Shown: piece after piece, positions 1-11,786 of the stretch
Layout of the letters: every line of letters begins with the position of its first letter
How positions within the stretch are numbered: position 1 is the stretch's first letter
Assembly (NCBI RefSeq): GCF_039654945.1
Contig: NW_027361709.1
Location: forward strand, 7,564,001-7,628,000
Length of the DNA stretch: 64,000 nt
From: Dendrobates tinctorius
Taxonomy: Eukaryota
Direction: 5' to 3'
The notes under the pieces: model-generated
What the model saw: only the letters and a program-made list of their open reading frames with translations
The model's database searches: none
What the model was told of the DNA's origin: nothing
Position numbers and translations under genes: made by a program

Positions 1-388
1 CCTGTCCAATTGACGCAGGTGCAGGACTTGTTTCAGAACTTGCGTATGCAGAAAATGTGTCACGTGGGAAAAAATGGCGCAATACAGCGCTGTGGATTTA
101 GACAAATGGCGTGTACAAGCAAAATACCATGAAATAATGTTTTTACTCCTCTATAAACCACATGGACAAAAACTGCAGCACAATACCTGCTTGTGTGAAT
201 CGTCCTTTGGCAATGTTCAGATGAATGTTACAATTATCGGTTCAGTTGCGTGTAACTGGGTGAGTGTGTAGCTCCATGTCCTCATCTACACCATGGGTGG
301 ATGCAGCAGCTGCCGACCACAAGCTCTGTCTTGTCTGTAAATGGATGAGACCAATGCAGGTCAATGTGGAAAATCACAGTGTAGAACA

Positions 389-958
389 TTGCTGCTAAGC
401 GCGCGGGCCCTACACACACTGCTGCTAAGCACGCGGGTCCTACACACACTGCTGCTAAGCGCGCGGGCCCTACACACATTGCTGCTAAGCGCGCGGGCCC
501 TACACACATTGCTGCTAAGCGCCCGGGCCCTACACACATTGCTGCTAAGCGCCCGGGCCCTACACACATTGCTGCTAAGCGCCCGGGCCCTACACACATT
601 GCTGCTAAGCGCCCGGGCCCTCCACACATTGCTGCTAAGCGCCCGGGCCCTCCACACATTGCTGCTAAGCGCCCGGGCCCTCCACACATTGCTGCTAAGC
701 GCCCGGGCCCTACACACATTGCTGCTAAGCGCCCGGGCCCTACACACATTGCTGCTAAGCGCCCGGGCCCTACACACATTGCTGCTAAGCGCTCGGGCCC
801 TCCACACATTGCTGCTAAGCGCGCGGGCCCTACACACATTGCTGCTAAGCGCGCGGGCCCTACACACATTGCTGCTAAGCGCCCGGGCCCTACACACATT
901 GCTGCTAAGCGCCCGGGCCCTACACACATTGCTGCTAAGCGCCCGGGCCCTACACACA
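389..958. repeat. 30-bp GC-rich minisatellite, about 19 copies, in an SLC26A6 intron
   Basis: Tandem unit TTGCTGCTAAGCGC(C/G)CGGGCCCTACACACA read directly; it explains the periodic ORFs 282-1298, 341-961 and 361-1032. Confidence 0.97.
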
Positions 959-1107
959 TAGCACAGCTGTCTGGCACACAGCTGCTTTGCACCTTGGCAC
1001 TGTATATAGTAGCAGAACTGCCTGATTGGCACACAGAGGTGCTAATGAATGGGATAATGAACAGGTGAGGCACACGGCTGATGTCTGTGTCCATATCTCC
1101 TATATAG

Positions 1108-1224
1108 TGCGGAGTAGACATGGAAAAGATGATCGAGAAGAAGAGGAAAGCGATAAAGAAAAAAATAAAAAGGGCACTTAAAGCAATGAAAAAAGCCAAG
1201 AAGGAGAATGAGGCCAGGAAGGAG
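1108..1224 (+). CDS. slc26a6: SLC26A6-like anion exchanger, internal exon (STAS region, CGVDMEKMIEKKRK...RKE)
   Basis: tatatag acceptor and gtgagg donor, 117 nt, phase 0-0; resembles human SLC26A6 CGVDVDFLISQKKK. Upstream exons lie outside the window. SLC26A6 versus a 6-like paralogue is not resolvable here. Confidence 0.85.
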
Positions 1225-1460
1225 GTGAGGATGAGACTATCCCTGCACTGCGTTCCTTTCATTCCCCGGATCAATGAGATATACAGATATACCGTCACAT
1301 TAAGAGAGAGAATGCCCCTTTAAGGCAAGAATCTGCCCATGCAGTGTCACTACTGCTGCACGACAACTGAGTAAAATTCACTAAAAACGGCAAATTTCTA
1401 TTTTCTGGTGAATATGACATCTTCTCTTACCATAAACCTGTTTCATTGTCTGTCTCATAG

Positions 1461-1529
1461 ATCACAGGACATGACAACATCGCCTTTGACCGCCTGGATC
1501 TTGGAAAACTGGAATATGAGATAGAAAAG
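1461..1529 (+). CDS. slc26a6: SLC26A6-like exon (STAS variable loop, ITGHDNIAFDRLDLGKLEYEIEK)
   Basis: ctcatag acceptor, gtaagt donor, 69 nt, open and in phase with its neighbours. Confidence 0.75.
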
Positions 1530-1691
1530 GTAAGTTTGTTAATTTTGCTTTCATTTATGTCCCTAATGCAAAATAAAAAGTTGCATTTTAGACAGCTGAA
1601 TGCTGGGAGTTGTAGTTTTACAATGATGTAAGACTCTATAAATAAGGTGAGGAATGCCACCGAATAAATCATTGATTGTATCTCCCAATAG

Positions 1692-1877
1692 GACAAGGAG
1701 CAGGATATGACTGAGGGATCCATCATAGTTGTACCGGTCAATGCTGCCAATGAAGAGACCTCTGCGAAGAACACCCTGAAGTCGCTGGGGCTGGAGAAAC
1801 CCGATTTTGACTCGTTAATATTGGATTTCGCTTCGGTTAATTTTGTGGACACCGTCTGTGTCAGCGTTTTACGAAAA
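1692..1877 (+). CDS. slc26a6: SLC26A6-like exon (TLKSLGLEKPDFDSLILDFASVNFVDTVCVSVLRK)
   Basis: STAS signature LILDxxxVNFVDTVC; caatag acceptor and gtaagt donor; 186 nt, phase 0-0. Confidence 0.92.
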
Positions 1878-1975
1878 GTAAGTACCATATATTGACTTTA
1901 TGTAAAAAATAAATAAAATGACAGGCTTTACTATACAGTGGGAGAGGCTGCCGGGGTTGGTGGTGGTCTTTTCTA

Positions 1976-4204
1976 GAATTACAAAAATACATTATTTGAA
2001 AGGTAACTCACCAAACCCTGACTAATGCACTGGCAGGATGCAGCAGAGCCCCATTGATAAAGGCTGGGGCAGCACAGGTGCATTCCACTGATGCAGGGCC
2101 GGCTCCAGGTTTTTGAGGGCCCCGGGCGAAATAGTCTCAGTGGGCCCCCCCTTGAACACATACCACGATTCATGATGCACAGATACAGCAGAGAAATATA
2201 GGTATAGTACAATGCCAGATTTCACTTCTTACATGAGTGATAGCCATTGTAAATTCTACAATACCATACAGCAGAGGGGCTTTATACAAGCCAACCCCTT
2301 ATATGCCAATTTTTGTGATGGGTGCTGCAGCATTTTTTTGTGTGGCGAAAAAAGCCGGACATGGCCGGATGAGGCCCTCCCGGCTCAGCGGGACAATAGT
2401 ACTCAATGGAAAGTTCCGTCCGCCGGATCAGGCTTCTACCTGATCCGGTCACCGGATGGACGTTTTTGGCATGCGCATGTCCGGATCTCTCTCTCCATAC
2501 CTTCGTCCCAGTTAAAGCCATGTCTCCTAAAGCCGGATCCCCATTTCAGGTGCCGTAAGGTGCGCCGCATCTACTTACGGCACCTCCGTTTCAGGCCGGT
2601 TCCGGCACTACATCATTTCGCCACACATGGCCGGAATGAGAAAACCGGATGTGTGAAACTTGCCTTAGATCAGTTTTAATTGTAAGAAAATTCTAGTGAT
2701 GATTAAGACTAATGTAACATATATATATATAGCGCATAAACGTTATCAAAATATAACTTCATAGCTTGTAACCCTATGAGAAAGCTGAAAAGGTAAAATT
2801 CAGAAATGATTGGTCCACCATATCATTCTTTTCCAATTGTTTTGAATGTTTTCTATAATTATTTAGAGCGTATTTAATACTCGTTTTATATTTCGTATGC
2901 CCTCTAATTTTCTGGCTTTGAACACTTTGCAGACTTTTGAAACAATCTGTGATCCAGTTTTCCACACCATATATTTTGCTCGGCGGGAATAAAAAAGTGT
3001 TACTTGCTAGATTGCTTTTTTTTTTTTTTGCCTTCGCTTGGTTTAATTTGCACTGTTGTTCAGGTCTGAAATAGGACCACAGCTTGTAGTCGCTGTTGAC
3101 TGTCTCAAGGAGTATGAACCCTGGCTCATTGCACAGATAAAATGCACACTATTTTTCTGACCTGTATCAGGAGATCAGCTGCCAGTGTCGGGTGCGGCAG
3201 TCAGTGGATTGGAAGCTGCTGCAGCAGGAGCCGCCGGAGCGAGGAGCCTCACTGAGCGCCTGGGCCCGGGTGCCACTGCCAGCTGGAGCTGCCGCAGCAG
3301 GAGCCGCCGGCACCACCACTCACTGTCTTGGAGTTGGAGCAAGGACTCCACTGAGCCTCACTCAGCGAGCCGCAGCGCCAGCCACTCACTAGGTGTCAGG
3401 ACTCAGGTCAGGAGATGTGCGACAGTGCGCCGCCCGTCGCTGATGTCCGGTCACCGCCCGGTCCCTCCATGTCCAGAGAGAGGCGCGCAGCACGCTTCAC
3501 AAGCTCCTGCTTCCTCCTTCCGCCCCGTCCTGTCTCCGCCTCGTCACTTCCTCCCTGCGTCGCACACGTGACAAGAGACAGGGGAGGGGAGCTCTCCACG
3601 GTCTCCACCAATCAAACGACACTCCTGGGCTGCTGCTGGACTGCGATTGGCTAATGGCACGCGTCTCCTGCCGGCGCCACTGATTCAGATTCAAGGTCGC
3701 ATTCCCCAGCAGTCAGACAGTGTGTCACCGTGTGTGGGCCCTTCCGTCACGCCAGGGCCCCGGCACTTGCCCGGGTACGCCGGGTGCTGACGCCGGGCCT
3801 GCACTGATGAGCACAGCCAGTAACCCAATATGGTCTGGCTGCCTAGTGGAAAAAATGCACACAGATAAGGCTTGCATAAGACATAAGTCACACTGATAGG
3901 TACGATGCAAAAGTGTCTGAGCAGCCTATTGATGACGCCCATAGTATTAGCAGGCGGGCTGCTCCGCACTGTATACATGCATCACACACAAAAAAAAAAA
4001 ATTAAACATTTTTTCTTATGAGCACTGTTTAGATTTAGTGTTAGGGACTCACGATATCTGGGGACCCTTGACGTTGGGTTGTGAGCTTATCTGCTTTGGC
4101 CAAAATAAGTGGGGTTCTGCTGCATCCTGCCAAGTGCATTAGTCAGGGTTTGGTGAGTTACCTTTCAAATGATGTATTTTTGTAATTCTGAAAAAAAATT
4201 TTTC
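1976..4204. mobile_element. Hairpin-type insertion (about 80-bp terminal inverted arms, 15-bp TSD), probably a non-autonomous Penelope-like derivative; hosts a hAT MITE
   Basis: Direct repeat TGGTGGTCTTTTCTA at 1961-1975 and 4205-4219; about 1975-2053 is the near reverse complement of about 4110-4189. The Penelope assignment is inference. Confidence 0.6.
2094..3801. mobile_element. Non-autonomous hAT element
   Basis: 8-bp TSD CACTGATG (2086-2093, 3802-3809); TIRs CAGGGCCGGC...GCCGGGCCTG. Confidence 0.88.
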
Positions 4205-4305
4205 TGGTGGTCTTTTCTACCTCAATGAGAGCGAAGCGTTGTCAGATGACATCCAAATCCCTTTTTTTTTTATATATAGATTTTTTTTATTTTTATGTTT
4301 TTCAG

Positions 4306-4360
4306 ATCTTCAAAAACTTTGCAGAGATTGAAGTGGACGTCTACCTGGCCAACTGCAATG
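4306..4360 (+). CDS. slc26a6: SLC26A6-like exon (IFKNFAEIEVDVYLANCN)
   Basis: ttttcag acceptor, gtaaag donor, 55 nt, phase 0-1; resembles human IFHDFREIEVEVYMAAC. Confidence 0.92.
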
Positions 4361-4552
4361 GTAAAGGCATAATAATAATAACAACAACAGTAATTTAATT
4401 TGCACTTTACAAATCTGATTATGGGGTAGTCATGGGTGGCAGTTATGGAGGGGATCCATCCATCACTGAGAACCTGTACAGATAAGTAATTTTGCGGTCT
4501 GGAAAAGTCGGATGGAAATCCCTATTTCTAAATAAAATGTTTATTCCATCAG

Positions 4553-4689
4553 CGACCGTGATGAAGGGACTGGAGGACGGGAATCTATTTAATGAAAATT
4601 TCACCAAGTTTCAAATCTTCCCCTCTATCCACGATGCCGTTACTTATCTCACAATGGACCACGATCAGATTGCCATTCATGAAGCCAAC
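4553..4689 (+). CDS. slc26a6: SLC26A6-like exon (TVMKGLEDGNLFNENFTKFQIFPSIHDAVTYL...)
   Basis: Conserved SLC26 F-x-S-(I/V)-HDAV motif; catcag acceptor and gtgagt donor; phase 1-0. Confidence 0.92.
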
Positions 4690-5010
4690 GTGAGTGAGGG
4701 AATGGGGCTTCAACTGTCTGTATGTGTGCTGTATATAACGCCACTCTGGGAAGCTGAGATATGAGGTGCTGTTTGCAGAGTCCTGACACTGTACAGCTGC
4801 TTTGGTTATTATTGTCCTATGGAAGGCAAACTAATCACAGGGAAAGCTCTATTTTCCCACACTAGTACATTGGCAAAGTTGCTTCTTTGTTTAAATTCTG
4901 AGTGCAATGGTTTTAAAAGTCTACATACCCTGCTTGTTAGGATCAAGTGCATTCACCCTGTGGGGTCTGATGATTAATATCATTATTATTAACCACCCTC
5001 TTTCTTACAG

Positions 5011-5034
5011 ATATCTCCAGATACAAGGCTATAA
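5011..5034 (+). CDS. slc26a6: SLC26A6-like terminal coding exon ISPDTRL* (class I PDZ-binding TRL)
   Basis: ttcttacag acceptor; ends T-R-L-stop as human SLC26A6 does; AATAAA at 5215-5220. Confidence 0.85.
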   Translation: MSPDTRL

Positions 5035-5214
5035 TCCATACGCCTGATGAATGAAGCGAGCACTGTGTGTTCTCAGCCTATAATCTACAATGGTTCAGTT
5101 TTCTACAGATAATGATTGTGCATTAATGTTTGAAATATCTCTGGACATAAATATTGTATATATTGGGCGTGCATTTATCTGGTCGTGTGTCTTGACGACA
5201 TGTATAGATCTGTA

Positions 5215-5220
5215 AATAAA
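5215..5220 (+). terminator. Polyadenylation signal of the SLC26A6-like gene
   Basis: AATAAA about 180 nt after the stop, followed by T/GT-rich sequence. Confidence 0.7.
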
Positions 5221-5519
5221 GTCTGTTCTTTTATTCTTACTCCCGGTTACTGTTTTATGTTCTCATTTCCTGATGCTGCAGTTTGAAGATCTTGGGCCTC
5301 GTCACTAACATTACGACATAACAGGGGGTTCTCTTCCAATATGTGTATTTATGGCTTTTCATTAAGCTTAAAAATGTAGGATTGCACTGGTGCCCATCAG
5401 AGGCTTAGCTAGGGGTTCAGCTCAGCGGGGCAAAACATCTAAGTGGATCCTTAACCGGTAATCCAGTATTCTGCACTCCTATTGTCCTCCATACAGTAAC
5501 AATCCTTTCCAGGCTGCGG

Positions 5520-6340
5520 TTATCCCGGTTGCTTGTGCACCTTTTTCAACCACACTTTTTCCCTCCACTCCACTCCATTATTATGCTTTGATACAGCACT
5601 GTGTGAACAGCCGGCTTCTTTAGCAATGACCTTTTGTGGCTTCCCCTCCTTGTGGAGCGTGTCAGTGACTGCCTTCTGGACATCTGTCAGGTCAGCAGTC
5701 TTCCCCATGTGTCACGGTTCCACCCCTCAGTGTGTCTGGGATGCAGGTACTGACAGCTCGGCCATCCAATCTGGTATAGGGGTCTGCTGAAGCTGTCAGT
5801 ACTTTGGTTGCCAGCTTGGCCATCCAATCTGAGACTGAGGAGTCGGCAGTCTCCATGTGTTCATTATTCCAGTTAATGGCCATGCTTCTTAACTGAGCTG
5901 TGTCTCCCAGAACTTCACTCAGTGTGTGAGGTTTGTGTTCTCCTGTGCCTTGAGTTCTGTATGCTTGATCTGTTGCCTGACTTTGTTCTGAGCATCCGTC
6001 TGTTTAACCCCTTCAGCTCTGATCCGTTATCCTCCCGATAATCTGACCCTGGAACGATACCTGACTACGCTTTTGTGTCTTCCTTCTGTTTATGACATAC
6101 CCTCCTGGCTTCTGACCTTGGACTCCTTGAACACTCTGATGTGTGGCTAGCATCACACCATGATCATGGAGCTACTGAAACTAAGGGACCTTTATAAATG
6201 CTTCGCAAGCCTTTTCAGGTGTTTGTTTATTCTAATTTACTGAGATAATGACTTTTGGGTTTTCATTGGCTGTAAGCCATAATCATCAACATTACCAGAA
6301 ATAAACAAGTGAAATAGATCACTCTGATTGTAATGACTTT
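5520..6340 (-). mobile_element. Degenerate Tc1/mariner 5' fragment, interrupted by a solo LTR
   Basis: ORF 5520-5708 MGKTADLTDVQKAVTDTLHKEGKPQKVIAKEAGCSHSAVSKH resembles a Tc1 N-terminal HTH; boundaries are approximate. Confidence 0.7.
5710..6157. mobile_element. Solo LTR (TG...CA, 5-bp TSD)
   Basis: Starts TGTCACGG, ends ATCACA, flanked by CCATG at 5705-5709 and 6158-6162. Confidence 0.75.
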
Positions 6341-6597
6341 GTGAGACTCACCTGTACCTGTTTTGACCGGACAACCCCCTTTAAGGGCAGGTGCCCATAC
6401 ACAGATGCGCAAGGCTGGCTGGGATGACAAATCTTTCCACAAAAGGGTTTCTCCATCCTTTTTTCTCACGTTTGTAAAACTGGTCTCATTGTGTTTGCTT
6501 TGGAGTTTTGCGTTGTTTTTTTTTCAGTAAAGAACAATGCCCAAAACTGCTTCAATGGGTGGATGTGTCCCAAAACTGTGGTTGAGAACAACCACAA

Positions 6598-6635
<38 letters not shown>

Positions 6636-7919
6636 CTTTCACTGTGTATTTATTCAGCATGGATGTACACTTAGGTTACGCTCCCATGATGAGATTTCTA
6701 TACATTCCATTTACTTTTTTGTGCAGCGTCAAAAACTCATGTCCACAGTGCTTTTCTTTTTATACTGTGTAAACTGACCTGAGGAGCGTTTTTGAAACCG
6801 CAACATGTCATACTCTCTTGTGCTGAGTTGTTCAGATGTGAAAGATGTACTGGTAACAAAACTGCATGTAAAATCACACGACTGGATAAGCAAAGTTTTG
6901 TCAAAGCCAAATTACAAAGAAGCATCAAAAACAAAGCAGCATCATTTAGAACATGAATAGTCAAAAAGAGACAAAAACCGCAGCTTCAAAAATATGATAA
7001 AAAAAATTAGCAAATAGCTGCAGAAATCCTGTAGAAAGTCTACTACCTATATTTGATATCATCGTGTCTGTAAGTTCACCTTATCAATATATACAAAAGA
7101 AACATTTTCGCAATTCCACCAATCCAAAATGCAATAAATAAATTAGCTCTGCGTGCAAAAACATCCCCCAAAGCCCTCACAGCTCCATCGATGGAAATGT
7201 TACAGTTCCCAAAAAAAATGACCTTTTTTTTTCTACAGAGTTCGAAAAAGTGTTTTAAATTTCTTTTTAAAAAATGTTACATCGCCATGATTGCCCCGAC
7301 CTGGAGAATCGTCACGTTTCGGGTCATTTTACCGCACAAAATGCCATAAAAATATACAAATACAAGTGCTGGAATCACTTTTTCATCATTGTGTCCCATT
7401 TTAATTTTTTTGGCCTATTTTCCACTATATTATATGGTAAAATGAGTGGAGTCACTCAAGCTACAACCCGTCCTGAACAAAACAAACCTGATACGGTGAC
7501 GCGGAGGGAAAAATAAAACCGAATTGGATCTTTCGACAAGAGGACATAAAAGAAAAAAAAAAGGAAAACTAAACAGAAAACTGCTCCATCAAGAAAGGGT
7601 TAAATAAATGATCAACGCCATAAAGTTCTATTACAATGCAGCCATGAAACCTCAGACTTGGTGCACCGCTGTGATCAGTGACTCCAGCTTTTTTAGTAAG
7701 ATTCAGGCTGCTGAGCCTATAATTTCCCCCCATGCTTTACACTGCAGCACAGACTGTTCACTTTAGCAGCTGTAAACTGCAAATAACTAAACAGTCAGTG
7801 AGGAATTTCCGGCACACGCCACATAGTCACTCAGTCCGGGAAAGAGCCTCAGTAATCACGCGTGATTTCCCACTATACACACACATTACTACTAGCATTG
7901 GGAAATCACAGGGTTCTGC

Positions 7920-8125
7920 AAGTCACGTGCTCCCCGCACCTCATCACCTAGCAACTGCTGCTGGGGCCTGGGCATTCTTTACGGCATGGCCACCAAGCAT
8001 CCAATCAGCATTCAGCTTACGTTCTTGGAGGCTGAAGTATTCTGTTTTGTGATAGGCTGGAAGGATTCAGCGGAAACACGTGACAGACCCGGAAGTGCAG
8101 CTGTGAAGAAAGAAAACGTGTGAGT
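7920..8125 (+). promoter_or_regulatory. Probable WDR6 promoter and non-coding first exon
   Basis: E-boxes CACGTG near 7924 and 8077, CCAAT at 8001, ETS/GABP site CCGGAAGTG at 8089-8097, donor gtgagt at 8120 pairing with the acceptor before 8684. Confidence 0.55.
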
Positions 8126-8742
8126 ATGACTGACAGGCAGCTCAGTGGTCAGATGACAAAGTGGATGTGGAACATCGGACGATATTTGTATCATGGTAGA
8201 AGAGAGGCAGAGGATTAGTAACAGTACGGCACGGAGCAGTGGGGTAGCTCGTGTCTCTACAGGACATGCTGTGACTTGTGGTTCCTCCACCTGATCTACC
8301 TTTCCTAATGGCCACATAATAGTCATAAAGTTGTACTTGAGGTCTGCATGTTGTGCAGTAGTGAGCAATCTGGCTACAAAACTACAGCTCCCAGCAGGGC
8401 AGGGTTGGAAATGTATTTTTTTCCCAAAAGCCTCAAGTTAATGATCAACAAATACATATTATAAATAAATATAGGGGTTATAACAGCCTGACGGCTTCTA
8501 TAAACAGCGCCACCTCTGTCCACAGGATGTGTGTGACATTACAGCTCCACTCACATCAAGAGAACTGAGCTACACAACCCACAGCCTCTGAGCAATGTGA
8601 AGAGGAGACGCGCATCTGATTATAGATACAATTTTTGATTGAGGCATTGATGTTGATATTTGTTTTTTTTTTTTATCATCTAGATTAATGGAGGCATCTG
8701 GGGGAGACCTCTCTGGATGAGGCATCACACGGCAACACCAAG

Positions 8743-8812
8743 ATGGAGTCACAGCTGCTGGTGGCTCCCATTACTGCACTGGAGTTTGTGGGCCACCATC
8801 ATCTCCTGGCTG
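8743..8812 (+). CDS. wdr6: WDR6 first coding exon (MESQLLVAPITALEFVGHHHLLAG)
   Basis: Kozak AAGATGG; resembles human LILLPVTGLECVGDRLLAG; donor gtaagt in phase 1 joins GEGP in the next exon. Confidence 0.9.
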
Positions 8813-8856
8813 GTAAGTTCTAGAGGATAATGTTTGCATGATACATGCTGTATGTC

Positions 8857-8907
<51 letters not shown>

Positions 8908-9135
8908 CACAGTGGATCAGTGGTTAGCACTGTTGCTTTGCAGCACTGGGAACCCAAATTCATATCCAGCAAATGGCCACATCTGCAGGGAGCTTGTATG
9001 TCTTTCCCTTGTTGGCATGGACTTCCTCCCACTCCAAAGACATTCTGTGAATCCAGATTGTGAGCCTCAATGGTGACATTGATGATGTCTGTAAAGAGCT
9101 GTGGGATTAATGGTGCTATGAGTGCGTAAAATAAT
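8908..9135 (+). mobile_element. tRNA-headed SINE with L2-like tail (amphibian SINE2/V-SINE type), degenerate
   Basis: A-box-like TGGATCAGTGGTTAGCAC head; tail CTGTAAAGAGCTGTGG...GGTGCTAT resembles the L2 3' end at 56713-56770. Confidence 0.65.
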
Positions 9136-9178
9136 TATCTATCTCTATATATATATAATATATATACACACACAGACA

Positions 9179-10659
9179 CAGTGAGAAAAATAAGTATTTG
9201 ATATACTGCCGATTTTGCAAGTTGTTCCCACTTACAAAGAATCTAGAGTCTGTAATTCTTATCGTAGGTACACTTCTACTGAGAGAGACAGTCTAAAACC
9301 AGAAAATCACATTGTATGATTGTTACATAATTTGCGTTTTATTGCATGAAATAAGTATTTGATACAATAGAAAAACAGAACTTAATATTTGGTCCAGAAA
9401 CATTTGTTTGCAGTTGCAGAGGTCAGACGTTTTCTGTAGTTCTTGACCAAGTTTTCACACATTGCAGCAGGGATTTTGGCCCCCTCCTCCATACAGATCT
9501 TCTCCAGATCTTTTCAGGTTTCGGGGCTGTTGCTAGTCAACTTTGAGTTTCAGCTCCCTCCAAAGATTTTCTATTGGGTTCAGGTCTGGAGACTGGCTAA
9601 GACACTCCAGGACCTTGAAATGCTTCGTACAGAGCCTCTCCTTAGCTGCCTTGGCTGTGTGTTTCGGGTCATTGTCATGCTGGAAGACGCAGCCACAACC
9701 CATCTTTATTGGTCTTACTGAGGGGAGGTTATTGGCCAAAATCTCACTATACATGACCCCATTCACATCCTCCCTTCAATATGGTGCAGTCATCATGTCC
9801 CCTTTGCAGAAAAGCACCCCCCAAAGTATGTTTTCCCCACCATGCTTCACGGTTGGGACGGTGTTCTTGGGGTTGTACTCATCCTTCTTCCACAAAACAC
9901 AGCAAGTAGAGTTGATACCAAAAAGTTCTATTTTGGTCTCATCTAACCACATGATCTTCTCCCATGCCTCCTCTGGATCATCCAGATGGTCATTGGCGAA
10001 CTTCAAGTGCTGGTGTGAGCAGGAGGACCTTGCATGCCCTGCAGGATTTTATTCCATGACAGTGTAGTGTGTTACTAATGGTAATATTTGAGACTGTGGT
10101 CCCAGCTCTCTTCAGGTCATTGACCAGGACCTCCTGTGTAGTTCTGGGCTGATTTCTGACCTTTCTCAGAATCATCCTTACCCCATGAGGCGAGATCTTG
10201 CATGGAGCCCCTGACTGAGGAAAATTGGCAGTTATTTTGTGTTTCTTCCATTTTCTAATAATTGTGCCAACAGTTGTTGCCTTCTCACCAAGCTGCTTGC
10301 CTTGTGTCCTGTAGTGCATCCCAGCCTTGTGCAGCTCTTTGATCTTGGCCATGGTGGAGAGGTTGGAGTGTGTGGACAGGTGTCTTTTATACAGGTGCAA
10401 TTAATACACGTAATGAGTGCAGAGTAGAAGGGCTTGTTAAAGAAAACTTAACAGGTCTTTGAGAGCCAGAATTCTTGCTGGTTGGTCTGTGATCAAATAC
10501 TTATTTCATGCAATAAAATGCAATTTAATTATGTAAAAACCATACAATTGTCTCTCACAGGTGAGGTGTACCTAAGATAAAAATAACAGACCTCTCCATT
10601 CTTTGTAGGTGGGAAAACTAGCAAAATCGGCAGTGTATCAAATACTTTTTCCCCCATTG
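9179..10659 (-). mobile_element. Tc1/mariner DNA transposon with long TIRs and frameshifted transposase
   Basis: TIRs CAGTGAGAAAAATAAGTATTTGAT / ATCAAATACTTTTTCCCCCATTG; fragments [23 protein letters not shown] and [11 protein letters not shown] (DD34E) on the minus strand. Confidence 0.93.
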
Positions 10660-11298
10660 TTTATTGGTTTCACTTCAGCCACATCTTGGTTTTAGGAAAC
10701 CTTTGTGACAAATATGGCTGCCAATGAAGCTTCTGCTTTCAAGAGTCAAATGAATGCAATATGTTTTCAGCTAAACAGAAATATGTCTAATGTTTTTTCT
10801 GAACATGTAAATGACAATACAGCATACAAAGCAGCAATGTCAGTGCATTATACATTTATCCCAGGAATATGTTAGACACTAGGCTCAAGTACCATAGCAC
10901 TTGAAATGCACATTTGGTAGTTATTAGCAAACATGAAAATATCAAGTCATATAAATAACAAATGCATAAGATAGTGTGCAAAGGTCAATCACAAGTGCTA
11001 ACATAAGTAATTATGCTATTATCAAAGTCTCAGAAACTATTACATTAAATAGCTAAACATCGTTAAAGGGAACCTGGCTTATGATTTATGCTGCCCACAT
11101 CGCTGGCTGCATTAATCATACTTTGGCTGCATAATTGCATTCTTGTATTTTGTTTCTCTGAAATGCCCCAGCTTACTGTGTAAGCTGAAATGACAGCCAT
11201 CTATGTTATCACTTCCCTTTCCCTAAATCATCTTATCACCTATCTTTCCCAGAGTCCTAATTTGTAACTATACAATCCAACTCTATTATTGATGTATA

Positions 11299-11669
11299 GA
11301 GTCCAGTGGATGTTTCTCACGCACCAAAGACCCCTCTGTGCACAAGGTGCAAAGCAGCAGAAAAATCCAAAGTACTCGAAGCACCAGAAACTTCTCATGG
11401 GGATAAAATATAACTTTTATTATTCTGTCTTTAAAAGCATATGGCAGTGGTTACAAATGAGGTAGATGGAAAAAATTATGTTTCGGTTATAATAGGCCTT
11501 TTTCAAGCCAAAATTACAAGTTTCAAAAAACAGCCATAACTTGTTCTTTTGAAACTTTTTTTTCCCATCTACCTCATTTGTGACCACTGCCAAATGCTTT
11601 TAAAAACAAAAGTTATATTTTATCCCTATGAGAAGTTTCTGGTGCCTCGGATACTTTGGATTTTGATCC
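11299..11669. mobile_element. Hairpin insertion with 14-bp TSD and variant hammerhead-like motif (Penelope-like remnant)
   Basis: TSD ATTATTGATGTATA (11285-11298, 11670-11683); arms about 11363-11474 and 11557-11664; minus-strand TTGAAAAA-GG..CC-GAAAC at 11477-11507. Confidence 0.65.
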
Positions 11670-11786
11670 ATTATTGATGTATAACCAGCTGGGCTATGGA
11701 GTCGGTGTCCATATTAGTGGAGTTGGTGTCGGTATAAAATGGACTGACTCCTAAAATATATAATAAATTGGGTTCAGTAGTTCAGT

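Noticed and set aside
990-1025. Minus-strand peptide SSATIYSAK resembling the SLC26A6 STAS motif SSATVYFAN
   Set aside because: Wrong strand, no similarity beyond six residues and no supporting splice sites; treated as coincidence.
282-1298. Long periodic ORFs (338, 206 and 223 aa)
   Set aside because: They arise from a stop-free 30-bp minisatellite in an intron and are open on both strands.
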